This document shows positions 53,001 to 61,991 of a stretch of DNA of 64,000 nt, in pieces. The stretch is from the NCBI GenBank assembly GCA_039621445.1, contig CP154954.1, positions 11,216,716-11,280,715 of the forward strand. Direction: 5' to 3'. Below the pieces are notes generated by a model, which was not told where the DNA came from, made no database searches, and saw only the letters and a program-made list of their open reading frames with translations. How positions within the stretch are numbered: position 1 is the stretch's first letter; each line of letters opens with the position of its first letter. The position numbers were made by a program, and so were the translations under genes. The DNA is from Euglena gracilis (taxonomy: Eukaryota).

Positions 53001-53263
53001 CCAAGTCAGGCGCATGCAAAGCCGCCTTCCCTCAGTCGTCGCAGGAGTGGGAGGTGCGGAAACGTGGGCGGAATGATGACAACTGGGGAGACGAGGACCG
53101 CCGTCACCGCAGCCCAGCTGCAGGCTCAGCGAGCGGTGTGCCAGATTCGTCAGCATCCCCAGTGATGCAGCCAGTGGGTTTGGGGGGGAGCCCCAGGGAA
53201 AAGGGGATTTGCCCAGCCAAGTTGGGGGGGATCGTGAGTCGATCTCCCCAGGAGGGGCAGTGA
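50042..53263 (+). CDS. Large upstream ORF of the retrotransposon (~1,070 aa): Q/P-rich repeats and predicted coiled coil; function unknown, possibly the N-terminal part of a giant Gag
   Basis: First ATG at 50042 within ORF 49985..53263; tandem repeats preserve the frame. Confidence 0.7.
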   Translation: MSPTLQFREIQGGSWTEPQICFADHNILGHHEGFLLPPNQSEKNPSFLQASIPQVLREGLEDRSPGLEATSSIGSGPKYYQLNEEGRRDQKPSKQDDEVARCDAGVQQFSVPGGLEIREAESQFMSGIAQPSPTPAQCQPQPTEMSQQVFSHESLGVEARLQFQLGIALLNAGPAQPQPAVEGAAQPQPAVGGPAQHQPNAGPAQSTGQQFLGQRSPEIAVPQPIMHGPAQPGMQELAQSTGQQFLGQRSPEIAVPQPITHGPAQPIMQGPTQSIGQQFLGQRSPEIAVSQPIMYGTAQPIMQEPAQSTSQQFLGQRSPEIAMPGPAQPAQPIMEPAQSMMQEPAHPVIQEPAEPAQPIMGPAQPMMREPAQPIMGPAQPMMQEPAQPIMGPAQPMMQEPAQPIMGPAQPMMQEPAQPIMESAQPMMQEPAQPIMGPAQPMMQEPAQPIMGPAQPMMQEPAQPIMGPAQPMMREPAQPIMGPAQPMMQEPAQPIMGPAQPMMQEPAQPIMGPAQPMMQEPAQPIMGPAQPMMQEPAQPIMGPAQPMMREPAQPMVQEPAQPIMESAQPMMQDPAQPITEPAHPRMMQEPAQPMMQQPAQSTSQQFLGQRSPEIAVMNAHGYDDDWEPDPAELAVIRLQFLYGIDDEPAVPVSFFGWNPVKSIGMITASRGDPVDVDEETQPPPGGVLVVPSNSVSVAQSCGPMGGLGNPRDPPEWDGSWTGSGIEWITHAAAARAAVMVARGAVQIIGPRILQLEQNYGTMQDQVGAMMPFLHMLGQSAQGLSAMQAVEGQTGQGLQFLRAASEGLGNQIHNLRNDVISEIARIHSEIDGKLQGVGSQRADFTQQLASVCARHQAELAGGGGNELIGPRLIWQWSFEAVKEDMFASYSAQFSNESSIYAELREAQRKLRNKMKKRVKVLEEWVRSRPGGGGPGGLTPIGEIRSEIQQLQGWVHAQQRRWAERNSAKSACRGKWADGSEWKGGGMCMPKSGACKAAFPQSSQEWEVRKRGRNDDNWGDEDRRHRSPAAGSASGVPDSSASPVMQPVGLGGSPREKGICPAKLGGIVSRSPQEGQ
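51101..51685 (+). repeat. 13 x 45-bp coding tandem repeat (EPAQPIMGPAQPMMQ); preceded by ~4 x 105-bp repeats (~50648-51010)
   Basis: Unit GAGCCAGCCCAGCCCATCATGGGGCCAGCCCAGCCCATGATGCAA. Confidence 0.95.
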
Positions 53264-53592
53264 GGAACAGGATGGGGGTTGGGGAGCACATTACAATCAG
53301 GACGAGAAAAAGCGAGACAGGAGGGGTTGGGGGCACGCCAAGAGTGCAGGGGGGGTTCCGGCCAGGGAGGACCCCATCCGAAATCGCCGCAGTGCAGGAA
53401 ATGGGCAGAAAATCTGCTTGCGTGGGAGTATGTGCGAGTGGAAAGTCATGCAGTCGATCTGCAAAGCCTCTTCCCTCAGTCCCTGTCGCAGGCTGAGGGG
53501 GGAAGAATGATGACATTGGGGAGACGAGGGACCGCACCGCCCAGCACCTGCCCAAGCGAGCAGGCTCAAGCATTCCTGATCAGCCGCCCCCA

Positions 53593-55386
53593 GTGATGCA
53601 GCCAGGGGGGAGCCCCCACTCGGGGCCCAAAGGGATTTGCCCAAGTCCAATAATCGTTGGGTCGATCTCCCCAGAGGAGGAACCGACTCCCCTGGGGGTT
53701 GGGGAGGCGGATCCTGGGGAGGCAGCTCGCCAGGCTGTGGACCTGCGAACTCAGGGCTATGTGGATGAAATGGCCCAGAGATTCCGACAGGAAAGGGAGG
53801 TTGCTTTGGGGCAAACAGCGTCTGTGGGGATTCTGCGCAGGGTTCTGCCAACCGTAAATTCTGTCACCGCAGTGGGCCAGGAGTTTCTGCGGGGGGGTAG
53901 GAGGTTGTTGCCCCCTCCCTCTGTGATTGGCAGCCATGCTTCGGACGGAGAGAGTGAGATCGCCCGACCCAAACTCATTCTGCCAGGTGCTGGGGGTCGA
54001 GGATTGTGTGGTTGGCCTGGTGGTGCACCCCCCGGGAATTACGCTGAAAATTCCAGTTTTATGGGCTCCCATGCAAATCAATGTAGCCAGCATGATGACC
54101 CTGGGCGTACGGCACGGGTGGGTGTGACGGGGGCAGCCCCTGCGAGCCAATTCCCGTTTTTTCAGACCCATCCCATCAATTCAGACGTGTGGCGGCGGAT
54201 GCCGCGTCCGCGGTTTTCAGGGTTGGCCAAAGATTTTGCCAAGTTTGAGGGGGAATGGGAGGAGCTCGAGCGGGTTGTTGCCGAGACTTCTCCACTTCCC
54301 CCATCAGATTTCGTGTTGTTGCAGGAGTTCAAAAGTTGCCTCGATGAGGCAACTCAGGCAAAGTTGAGATTGCGCATGAAGCAGGATGCGGGTCTCACGT
54401 TGGCGGGTTTCCGCCAAGAACTCCGGAGGGAATTCGGGATTGATTCCTTGAAGCAGCACAGGCAGAGTTGGGAAAGCGTGAGGTTGAGCAGGACAGGACC
54501 CAAGGGGGGGGCGACTTTACAAGACTGGCGCAGGTACGAGGCGGAATTCAAATTATCAAGGGAGGAAGTTCCAGAACGTAGCGCCGGTGAGGAGCGAAAA
54601 ATGTTGTTCACACAAATGTCGCCTTCACTCCAGGAAGATCTCATGCGGGAGACCGCAAGACGGCGGGTCAGCCGTCCGTGGATCAGGGTCACGTTTCCAA
54701 CGAGGGTGAACGGGCCAGCTGTTTTGGCAGAAATTCAAGCCCACCTTGGGGAATCACTGCCACCGGTGCACGAATGTTCGTCAGGATACGTGATCGAGAC
54801 TCCCACTGAGGCTTGGCGGGAAAAGCTCTTGGCGTGGCACGGGGCAACCATGGATGGGGCCAGGGTGAATTTCACTCGACACGAGTATGAATTGTCGAGT
54901 GATGACATTTTTGAATTTGTGGCTGCCCGTCTTCGGACAGACGAGGAGCTGGAAATCACCCGCCGGGCATTTGGTTTGGAGACCCATCCGGGGGACGCAA
55001 GGGCGAACCCCAAACCGTTGGAGACCAAAGCAGTCGTGGTGCAGGCACCTTCGGAACGGAGACCCGAGAGCAAATCCCCCACCAAAAGGAAGGGCAAGGG
55101 ATTTGGAAAGAAATCCCCATCCCCGAGGAGATCAGACCAAGGGGGGGATTCTGGACCTGGTGGGTGCCCCACATGTCGGAAAGGGAATTGGAGGAGTGAC
55201 CATGACCCAAAAACTTGCTACTGGAATCGGCAATCAGAGTGTTTCACGTGCAGAACGGCCGGACGGGAGTTTGTACACGACTATCGCCAGTGCGAGTGGG
55301 TCAGGAAAGCCAGAGAGGAAAGCCAGAAGAGGTCTGCCAAGGAGCCAGCCCCAAAGGGGGGGGTCCCCCCCCAAAGGCCTGAGTAG
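53593..55386 (+). CDS. gag: Gag-like protein with two CX2CX8HX4C knuckles
   Basis: PRFSG..DF..F...W capsid-type motif; CPTCRKGNWRSDHDPKTC and CFTCRTAGREFVHDYRQC; lies directly before the protease. Confidence 0.85.
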   Translation: MMQPGGSPHSGPKGICPSPIIVGSISPEEEPTPLGVGEADPGEAARQAVDLRTQGYVDEMAQRFRQEREVALGQTASVGILRRVLPTVNSVTAVGQEFLRGGRRLLPPPSVIGSHASDGESEIARPKLILPGAGGRGLCGWPGGAPPGNYAENSSFMGSHANQCSQHDDPGRTARVGVTGAAPASQFPFFQTHPINSDVWRRMPRPRFSGLAKDFAKFEGEWEELERVVAETSPLPPSDFVLLQEFKSCLDEATQAKLRLRMKQDAGLTLAGFRQELRREFGIDSLKQHRQSWESVRLSRTGPKGGATLQDWRRYEAEFKLSREEVPERSAGEERKMLFTQMSPSLQEDLMRETARRRVSRPWIRVTFPTRVNGPAVLAEIQAHLGESLPPVHECSSGYVIETPTEAWREKLLAWHGATMDGARVNFTRHEYELSSDDIFEFVAARLRTDEELEITRRAFGLETHPGDARANPKPLETKAVVVQAPSERRPESKSPTKRKGKGFGKKSPSPRRSDQGGDSGPGGCPTCRKGNWRSDHDPKTCYWNRQSECFTCRTAGREFVHDYRQCEWVRKAREESQKRSAKEPAPKGGVPPQRPE

Positions 55387-58375
55387 GGGGGTCACAGCCC
55401 CGAGAGGGCAGGCTGTGTAAACCCGAGTCCCTCAGAGAGTGCGAGCGAGGTGCAGCTTGGGGGACGGAGTTTTTTAGCCGTGACTCCCAGTGGGGGGGGG
55501 GGGGGCACACTGTTGGGGGCTTCCAGTTTGTCCGGCACGCGAGTCATCCGGGCCCCCGGGATGAAGGACGAACATTTGCACCTACGGGCGGTGGGACGCG
55601 TAGCGGAAGGGGTTCAGCCGTCGGTCATGGTGTTGATCGACACCGGTGCGCAAGTGAGCCTGGTTCGAAAAGGGTTGATTCCTGAGGAGCATTTGACGGC
55701 GGCGGAAACACCTCTTCGGTTGATGGCCGCAAACCAAAAGCCGATGCAAGGCGGATCCCGGGAGGTGAGCATGGAGCTCGCCTTCGAGGGTTTTTGTGTG
55801 GACACGGGACGGGCTGTGAAGGTGATTGCCCCAACCAGGTTGTGTGAGGCGGACATCGCCGAGGATGTGATTGTGTCATACACCTGGTTGGGAGAACGAA
55901 ATTTTCAGGTGGACCCAAAACGACATGGGTTGCGGGGTCAAGTGGGGGGAATGCTGCTTTGGATACCTGGGAGTCCCACCGTGGAGATAAGGGCAACGGG
56001 TGGGGGGTGTCCAGAGCCCCGCGTCTGCGTTGAGAAAGCAGATCTGGGGCCCAAGAGGATGGCTTTGGATTTGTTTTCGGGCACGGGCAGCGCCACGAGG
56101 GTGCTCCAAGCCCACGGGTTTTGCGTGGTCTCCGTGGACAGTGATCCCAAACGTGGGGCGACACACACGGTTGATGTGTTGACGTGGGATTATGCGAATG
56201 CATATCCCCAGGGATTCTTCGAGGTCATTGTCGCATGTCCACCTTGCACTGAGTACAGCCGGGCCAAGACCGTTGGTGTCAGGGACCTGGCACATGCAGA
56301 CCAGGTAGTTCGAAAGACCCTGGAAATTGTGGAGTTCTACCAGCCGGCACGGTGGTGGATTGAAACTCCGGCAACCGGACTATTGGCGACAAGCAGCCTG
56401 ATGGAGGGGTTCCCGTTTGTGGATTGTGATCAGTGCCAGTTTTCGGATTTTGGGTATCGGAAACCGACACGTTTTTTTGGGAGTGATCACATCCGTGATT
56501 TGCAATCGGTGGTTTGCGATCAGAGGACGTGCCCAAACCTTGTGCAGGATCCTGGGAATCCGACGGGGATTCGGAGACACAAGAACGCACAGGGGGGGAA
56601 CACGGGGTCGGTGAAGCGCGAATTGGCTTACCGTTTACCCCCAAGTTTGGTTGAGTACGTGACGGGTTTGGGGAGTTCCACACCTGTGTTGGGTGCATGC
56701 ACGGACGTGCGAAGTGCAGATTCCCATGGGGAAGAAAACGGTTCATTTGGGCCTTGTGTTCGGGGGGGAGGTCCTCCGGACATCGTGCATGTCCCACAGC
56801 CCATGCTCGGGAGTCGTGATGTGTCAACGTCAAGCCGTCTCGGAGGGGGGGGCATCTCACAGGGGGAGCGTGTGGGAGTGCCCACCCATCGAGGATCGCC
56901 CGGTGGCAGATGGCGCCAGAATTCTTACGCAGTGCAATGGTCAGTGGTTCAAAGCGTTATGCAGGAGTTGGGAATCCAGCCCACCGTGGATGCCTTCAGT
57001 GAGGAGTCCACGGCTCGATTTTGCCGTTGGTGGGGACCTGGGAGTTCCGAGTCGGAGGATGCTTTTTTGCAGCCGTGGGGTTCGGAGGTTCTGTGGTTGA
57101 ATCCTCCTTTTGACTTGTTCAACCAAGTGTTGGACAAGGTTGAAAAAGATCATGCACATGCCGTGTTGGTGATGCCTGAGTGGGAGGACAAGGATTATTT
57201 CGTGCGAGCACGGAAAATGGCGGTGAAATCGGTGCACTATCCCTGGGGATCCAGCGTTTTTGAGTTGCGGAGCAAGCCATTGCAACATACCCGGTGGCCT
57301 GTGTGGTTCATGTTGCTTTGTGGTGATCAGGGGCGATGTCCCGTTCATGGGGGTTTCGTGGAGGGGGAGGCCCCCCCACCTGTGTCGGAGCCGGATCCGG
57401 CGTTGTTTCGTGCCATGGAGGAGGTCCGGTGTATGAGACTTGTGGCTGAGCCCCGAGTTTCTTTCAAGATGGCATGGGGGGGGAAGGGCGAGAGGGTGAG
57501 GCAAGACAATTCTGGGGAGGATTCGGAATCGGATGGTGCGGGTGATGAGGAAACCGAGTGGGAAGTGGCCAAACGTCTATGTGCCGCACAAGCGCACATC
57601 CACACGGTGAAAGGGGCTGTTGAACCGACCGACCCTGCGGAGGGGGTTGAGATCGAGCGGCTAAAAAAGGAGTTATTTGCAGAATTTGCAGAAACTTCTT
57701 TGTCGGGGGTGTGTCCTGTGAATCCCCCCATTCGAGGCCCATTTGGGGAGGCTGAAATTTGGCTGAGATCGGATGCCCGACCTGTGAGTGTGCCACCTTT
57801 CCGTTTGGCGGGTGAGCGTCGGGAGGCACATGCGAAATTGATTGATGATGTAGTGAAAAGTGGGAAGGTCGAACCTGGACGGGGGGCGAGGAATACCCCC
57901 TCATTCCCTGTGCCCAAGAAACGACCAGGGGAATATCGGTTGGTGCAGGACCTGAGACCACAGAATGCAGCCACATTAAAGGACGGCCATCCTTTGCCCC
58001 TGATTGGTGCCATTTTGGAGCGGCAGGGCAAATTCAAGATGTGGTCGGTTCTCGACCTCACAGATGGATATCACCAAATGCCCATGAAGCCGGAACACCG
58101 GCACATCACGTGCATGTCGACCCCCCGTGGGACCATGCAATGGAAAGTGCAGGTCATGGGCTTGAAAAATGCGGGGGCGCAGTTTCAGCGCATGATGGAG
58201 TGGGTCCTGCGGGACCTGGAGTTCGCCGACCCTTACATAGATGATATTATTGTGGGGTCCACCGGGGATTCGGTGAGCGAACTTCTGCGGAACCATGCCC
58301 GAGATGTCCGGCAGGTTCTGGAGACGCTCCAGCAAAACAACCTGGTATGCAGCCCGAAAAAGTCACATTTTTTAT
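55387..58375 (+). CDS. pol: Pol part 1: aspartic protease, C5-cytosine MTase, Dam-type amino-MTase, reverse transcriptase (one open frame)
   Basis: VLIDTGAQVSLV; DLFSGTGS, ACPPCTEYS, IETP, RKPTR; VDAFS, DAFLQPW, LWLNPPF; YRLVQDLR, LDLTDGYHQ, MGLKNA, YIDD (58234-58245). Confidence 0.92.
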
Positions 58376-59035
58376 GCGCCAAGTGGAGTTTTGTGGGCAC
58401 ATACTCCGTGAGGGGACCCGAAGCCCGGCTCCGGGCAAGTTGCTACCCATCCAAGAGTGGCAATTGCCAAAAACCATCACGGAGATGCGTGGGTTCCTTG
58501 GGCTGTGTAATTATTTCAGTGAATACGTGGATCACTACGCGGAATATGCAGCCCCCCTCATGGAAAAGCTCAAAGTCGGACGGGTGGAAGGAAAAAAGGG
58601 GTCACGGGTTCGGATCGAGTGGGCATCCTCAGACATCCAGGCGTTTGAAAATTTGAAACGGCAGTTGGCAAAGGAGCTCGAACTCTACCAACTGGACCCG
58701 GATAAACCTTTTGTCATGCGGTGTGATGCCAGCGATTTCGCCATCGGTGCGGTCTTGGAACAGGTGCATCCCGAGGAAGATCGCACCTCTCGCATTGACA
58801 TCGGCAAGACCCGTTTGGTGCCTGTGAGTTTCTTTTCACGCAAGTTGACAGGAAGTCAACTGAATTGGACTCCGCGCGAAAAAGAAACGTACGCGATCGT
58901 GGCTGCCTTACGGAAATGGGCAGGCCACATCGGTTTCCAACCCGTGATCGTGGTCACGGATCATCGGTCGCTCCAAAATTGGGTCACGGAGCACGTAGAC
59001 ACACCTTCCGGGCCGAGGGGCCGGAGGGCGCGAGG
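58370..59035 (+). CDS. pol: Pol part 2: RT C-terminus/connection and RNase H (1-nt frameshift in a T-run at ~58370; RNase H C-terminus apparently deleted)
   Basis: VEFCGH, RGFLGLCNY, CDASDFAIGAVL, FFSRKL, EKETYAIV, VVTDHRSL; the expected ...N..ADALSR segment is absent. Confidence 0.88.
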
Positions 59036-59085
59036 ATGTGAGTTTCATGGAAGCGAAACGGCCCGGGAGGAGGTGAAAAAACTGA

Positions 59086-61332
59086 TTGCACAAGAGTTGC
59101 GCGAACGCGCCTTGGTGGGGGTTGGTCCGACGGGGAGGGGGGGGCAGTCCCGGCTGTTTGGTGGTGAGTGGTCCTGGACAAGTTGCCCGTCCTTTGGCTG
59201 GACATGTGCATGTGATCACCCGTTCGGGCCGTGAAGTGGCGCCGAAGGGGGATGAAAGCACAAAGATCCCTGCGGGTGAACCACCTCTGTTGCCTGTGTT
59301 GGAGGAACAATGTGCATCCGAAGTTGGTCTTTCCCCTGGTGGTGTGGTGGGGTCAGATGGAGATCCTGTGATATTGGGTGCATCACAACCGGAGGGTGGG
59401 CCTGAGTTGGTTGGTCCGGATGGCGAATCTGATTTGGTACTTGGGCCTGAGTTTTGTGTGAATCCTGACCCGGTGATCGATGCTTCCTGCCCATCGGTGT
59501 CGGGGCCTGAGGTAGGCCCGGCCCCCGTGCCGTGGAGTCGGCGTTTTGTGTTCGCCAAGTCGCCTTCACGTGGAAAAAGGGTTGTGGCACGAAAGTCACC
59601 CCAGGGGGAGTCCCGAGGGCATCCCCCACCGGGACCTTCGGCCGATGAGCCGGGATCGCCGGAGGGGGGGGAGGGTGCCGAGGAGGGGTTTGTGATGGAG
59701 GTTACGGATCCTGGTTGGTGTGACGACCAGGGGGGGGGATCCGATGAGGACGTGGGACCGTTTTCCTCCGGGGGGAGAGCTTCCCGAGAGAGCACCCCTG
59801 ATTCGGCAAGGGTGATGGAGGCCAAGTGGGGGGAAGCGTATGCGGAGTCCCTGTGTTGGGGGGCGGACTGGGAGCTTGCAAATGCCCCCGGACCTGATTG
59901 GCCGAAGGGGATCAAAATTTTTGGGGATAAAATGTATCGAGAGGAGAAGCTGTGTGTCCCTGAAAAATTTGCGCTCCATGTTGTGCGGGCACATCATGAG
60001 GCCACGGCCCATGCATCGGGGAGGCGGTTCACGGCTGAGTTGGCCCGACGGTACGTTTTTCCGCCAGTGGTTGATTTTCGGTTGGTGGCTGATCGGGTCC
60101 ACCGACAATGTTTGGTTTGCCAAGCTTGTGAACCACCGACGTTTCCCCTGAAGGATGAAATCCACCTAACACCGGTCCCAGACAGATTTTTTTCAAGTGT
60201 CTGTTTGGATGTTTTTTCGATGCCGAGTGTCAAGTGGTTGGGACAGCCATACGATTGTTATCTTTTGTGCGTGGATCGGTTGACGGGGTGGATGGTGGCA
60301 CGGCCCACGACAAAGCTAGGCCTGACTGGGGAGAGGGCGGCCCACTTGTTGATGGACACAAGTTGGGGAGAGGTGGGGGTGCCCGATGTGATCACAAGTG
60401 ACCAAGGCCCACAATTCGTGAGCCAATGGTTTGTCACTTTGTGTGCCCGGTTGGGGGTTCGTGTGGCATACTCCCAGGCTCATCGGCCACAAGCAAATGG
60501 AAGGGCCGAAGTGTGCGGTCGCATTTTGCAACTCGCATTGCGCAAAATGCATTGTGCGGAGGGGATAAATTGGGTCGAGGCCCTCCCACGGGCCTTGAGG
60601 TGGCAGCATGACGCGGTGGGGGATTTCGGTGTCACCCCCTACGAGTTGGTTTTTGGTCGGGAGAGGAGCCTGGTGGGGATCCCTTGGCAACCGGTGCGGG
60701 AGTGTGAGGAGGTGGGTAATTTTTTGGGTCGCATGGAGGCCGTCGATCGGAAGGTGGCGGGTGCCCTGCATGAAGCACACCAAAAAATTCAGGATCGGGT
60801 CAACAACAAGAGGAAACCGAAGGCCCTATTCGAGGATGGGTCTTGGGTTTGGTTGTTGTATCCCAAGAAGGTGGGAGGACGAAAAATTGAGAGGTGGTGG
60901 AGGGGCCCTTTCCAGGTGGTGCAACGGGTGGGGGCGGCGAGTTATCAGGTCCGTACGGAACAAAGCGTGTTGTATGATGTTCATAGGGACCAACTCAAGC
61001 CTTGCCTCTGGGACATGGATTTAGGAGAGTCATACCCGCTTGTGTTCCGTGGTTCCAATCCTGTCGACCAACGGCCGGTGGTGCCCGTGGTCGATCGGGT
61101 GTTGGACCATCGCCCTCACCCGGTCCACGGGTTTGAGTTTTTGACTCGGTGGACAACCGGGGGGCAAGTTTTTGAGGCATGGGAGCCATCGGACAGTTTT
61201 CTGCGTGGCTGTCCCGACCCCTGGCTCGCGTATTGCCAAGAGAAGGGACTGGTTTTGGACATCCCCCAAGTGTTCGAATCAGTTGCCCGAACCCATGATT
61301 TCCCGTCCAATTCCCCCGAGGTGGAGGAGTGA
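59086..61332 (+). CDS. pol: Pol part 3: linker, DDE integrase, GPF motif, chromodomain-like C-terminus
   Basis: HEATAH..CLVCQ (HHCC), CLDV, ITSDQGPQF, NGRAE, WRGPFQV, VDRVLDHR...EFLTRW...AWEP. Confidence 0.92.
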   Translation: MHKSCANAPWWGLVRRGGGGSPGCLVVSGPGQVARPLAGHVHVITRSGREVAPKGDESTKIPAGEPPLLPVLEEQCASEVGLSPGGVVGSDGDPVILGASQPEGGPELVGPDGESDLVLGPEFCVNPDPVIDASCPSVSGPEVGPAPVPWSRRFVFAKSPSRGKRVVARKSPQGESRGHPPPGPSADEPGSPEGGEGAEEGFVMEVTDPGWCDDQGGGSDEDVGPFSSGGRASRESTPDSARVMEAKWGEAYAESLCWGADWELANAPGPDWPKGIKIFGDKMYREEKLCVPEKFALHVVRAHHEATAHASGRRFTAELARRYVFPPVVDFRLVADRVHRQCLVCQACEPPTFPLKDEIHLTPVPDRFFSSVCLDVFSMPSVKWLGQPYDCYLLCVDRLTGWMVARPTTKLGLTGERAAHLLMDTSWGEVGVPDVITSDQGPQFVSQWFVTLCARLGVRVAYSQAHRPQANGRAEVCGRILQLALRKMHCAEGINWVEALPRALRWQHDAVGDFGVTPYELVFGRERSLVGIPWQPVRECEEVGNFLGRMEAVDRKVAGALHEAHQKIQDRVNNKRKPKALFEDGSWVWLLYPKKVGGRKIERWWRGPFQVVQRVGAASYQVRTEQSVLYDVHRDQLKPCLWDMDLGESYPLVFRGSNPVDQRPVVPVVDRVLDHRPHPVHGFEFLTRWTTGGQVFEAWEPSDSFLRGCPDPWLAYCQEKGLVLDIPQVFESVARTHDFPSNSPEVEE

Positions 61333-61980
61333 TCCCCCGGGGGGGGGGGCAGGATTTTTGTCTCCGGGGGGAAATGTGCCCCCGGGGGGGGGCAGGATTT
61401 TCGCCCCTTGGGGGGGAGTTTGCCCCCGTGCCCCCGAGGAGGGGGGGGGCAGGATTTTCGCCCCTGGGGGGAACAAATTTTTCACCTCCGGGGAAGGGGG
61501 GGGGGGGCACGGTGTATGCCCCTGAGTGCCCCGGGGGGGGGCGTTTCCTCGATGGGGAAATGCGCCCCGAGCCCCGGCAAATCCATCCTTGCCGTGTTGG
61601 TGGCAGGTGTATAACCTGGATCGTGTGCAAGCGGTGCCACCTGTTGGTGGAGGAGGTGGACCGGCCGGCCGCCGTGGACCGAGCCGCGGCCGCAGACCGA
61701 GCGGCCGCCGCGGACCGGGCTGCTGCTGCTGACCGGATACTTGAAGAATACCCTGGTTTTCGCCCGGGCTTCGTTGGGTGAGGCCGAGGCGAACGGGTGA
61801 CCTAGGTGAAGGGTGGCAAGGGTTTGGAGTGTTGGCCGACGGGTGAGGCCGGTCAAAAAAAAAAAATTTTTTTTCCCTTTTGCCGGTTGGTGAGGGAGTG
61901 AGGAGTATCGATGGTATGGGTTTCCGGACCCCGCCTCCCTTTGGTCGGTGAAGGGTTGAAGTTTCTGGGAGAAACTTTTT

Positions 61981-61991
61981 GAGTAGGGGGG
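61981..61991 (+). promoter_or_regulatory. Polypurine tract
   Basis: GAGTAGGGGGG immediately before the TG of the 3' LTR. Confidence 0.8.

Noticed and set aside
56056-57320. Bacterial restriction-modification locus or contamination
   Set aside because: The MTases are fused in frame within Pol of an LTR element with an intact TSD in euglenid-type DNA.
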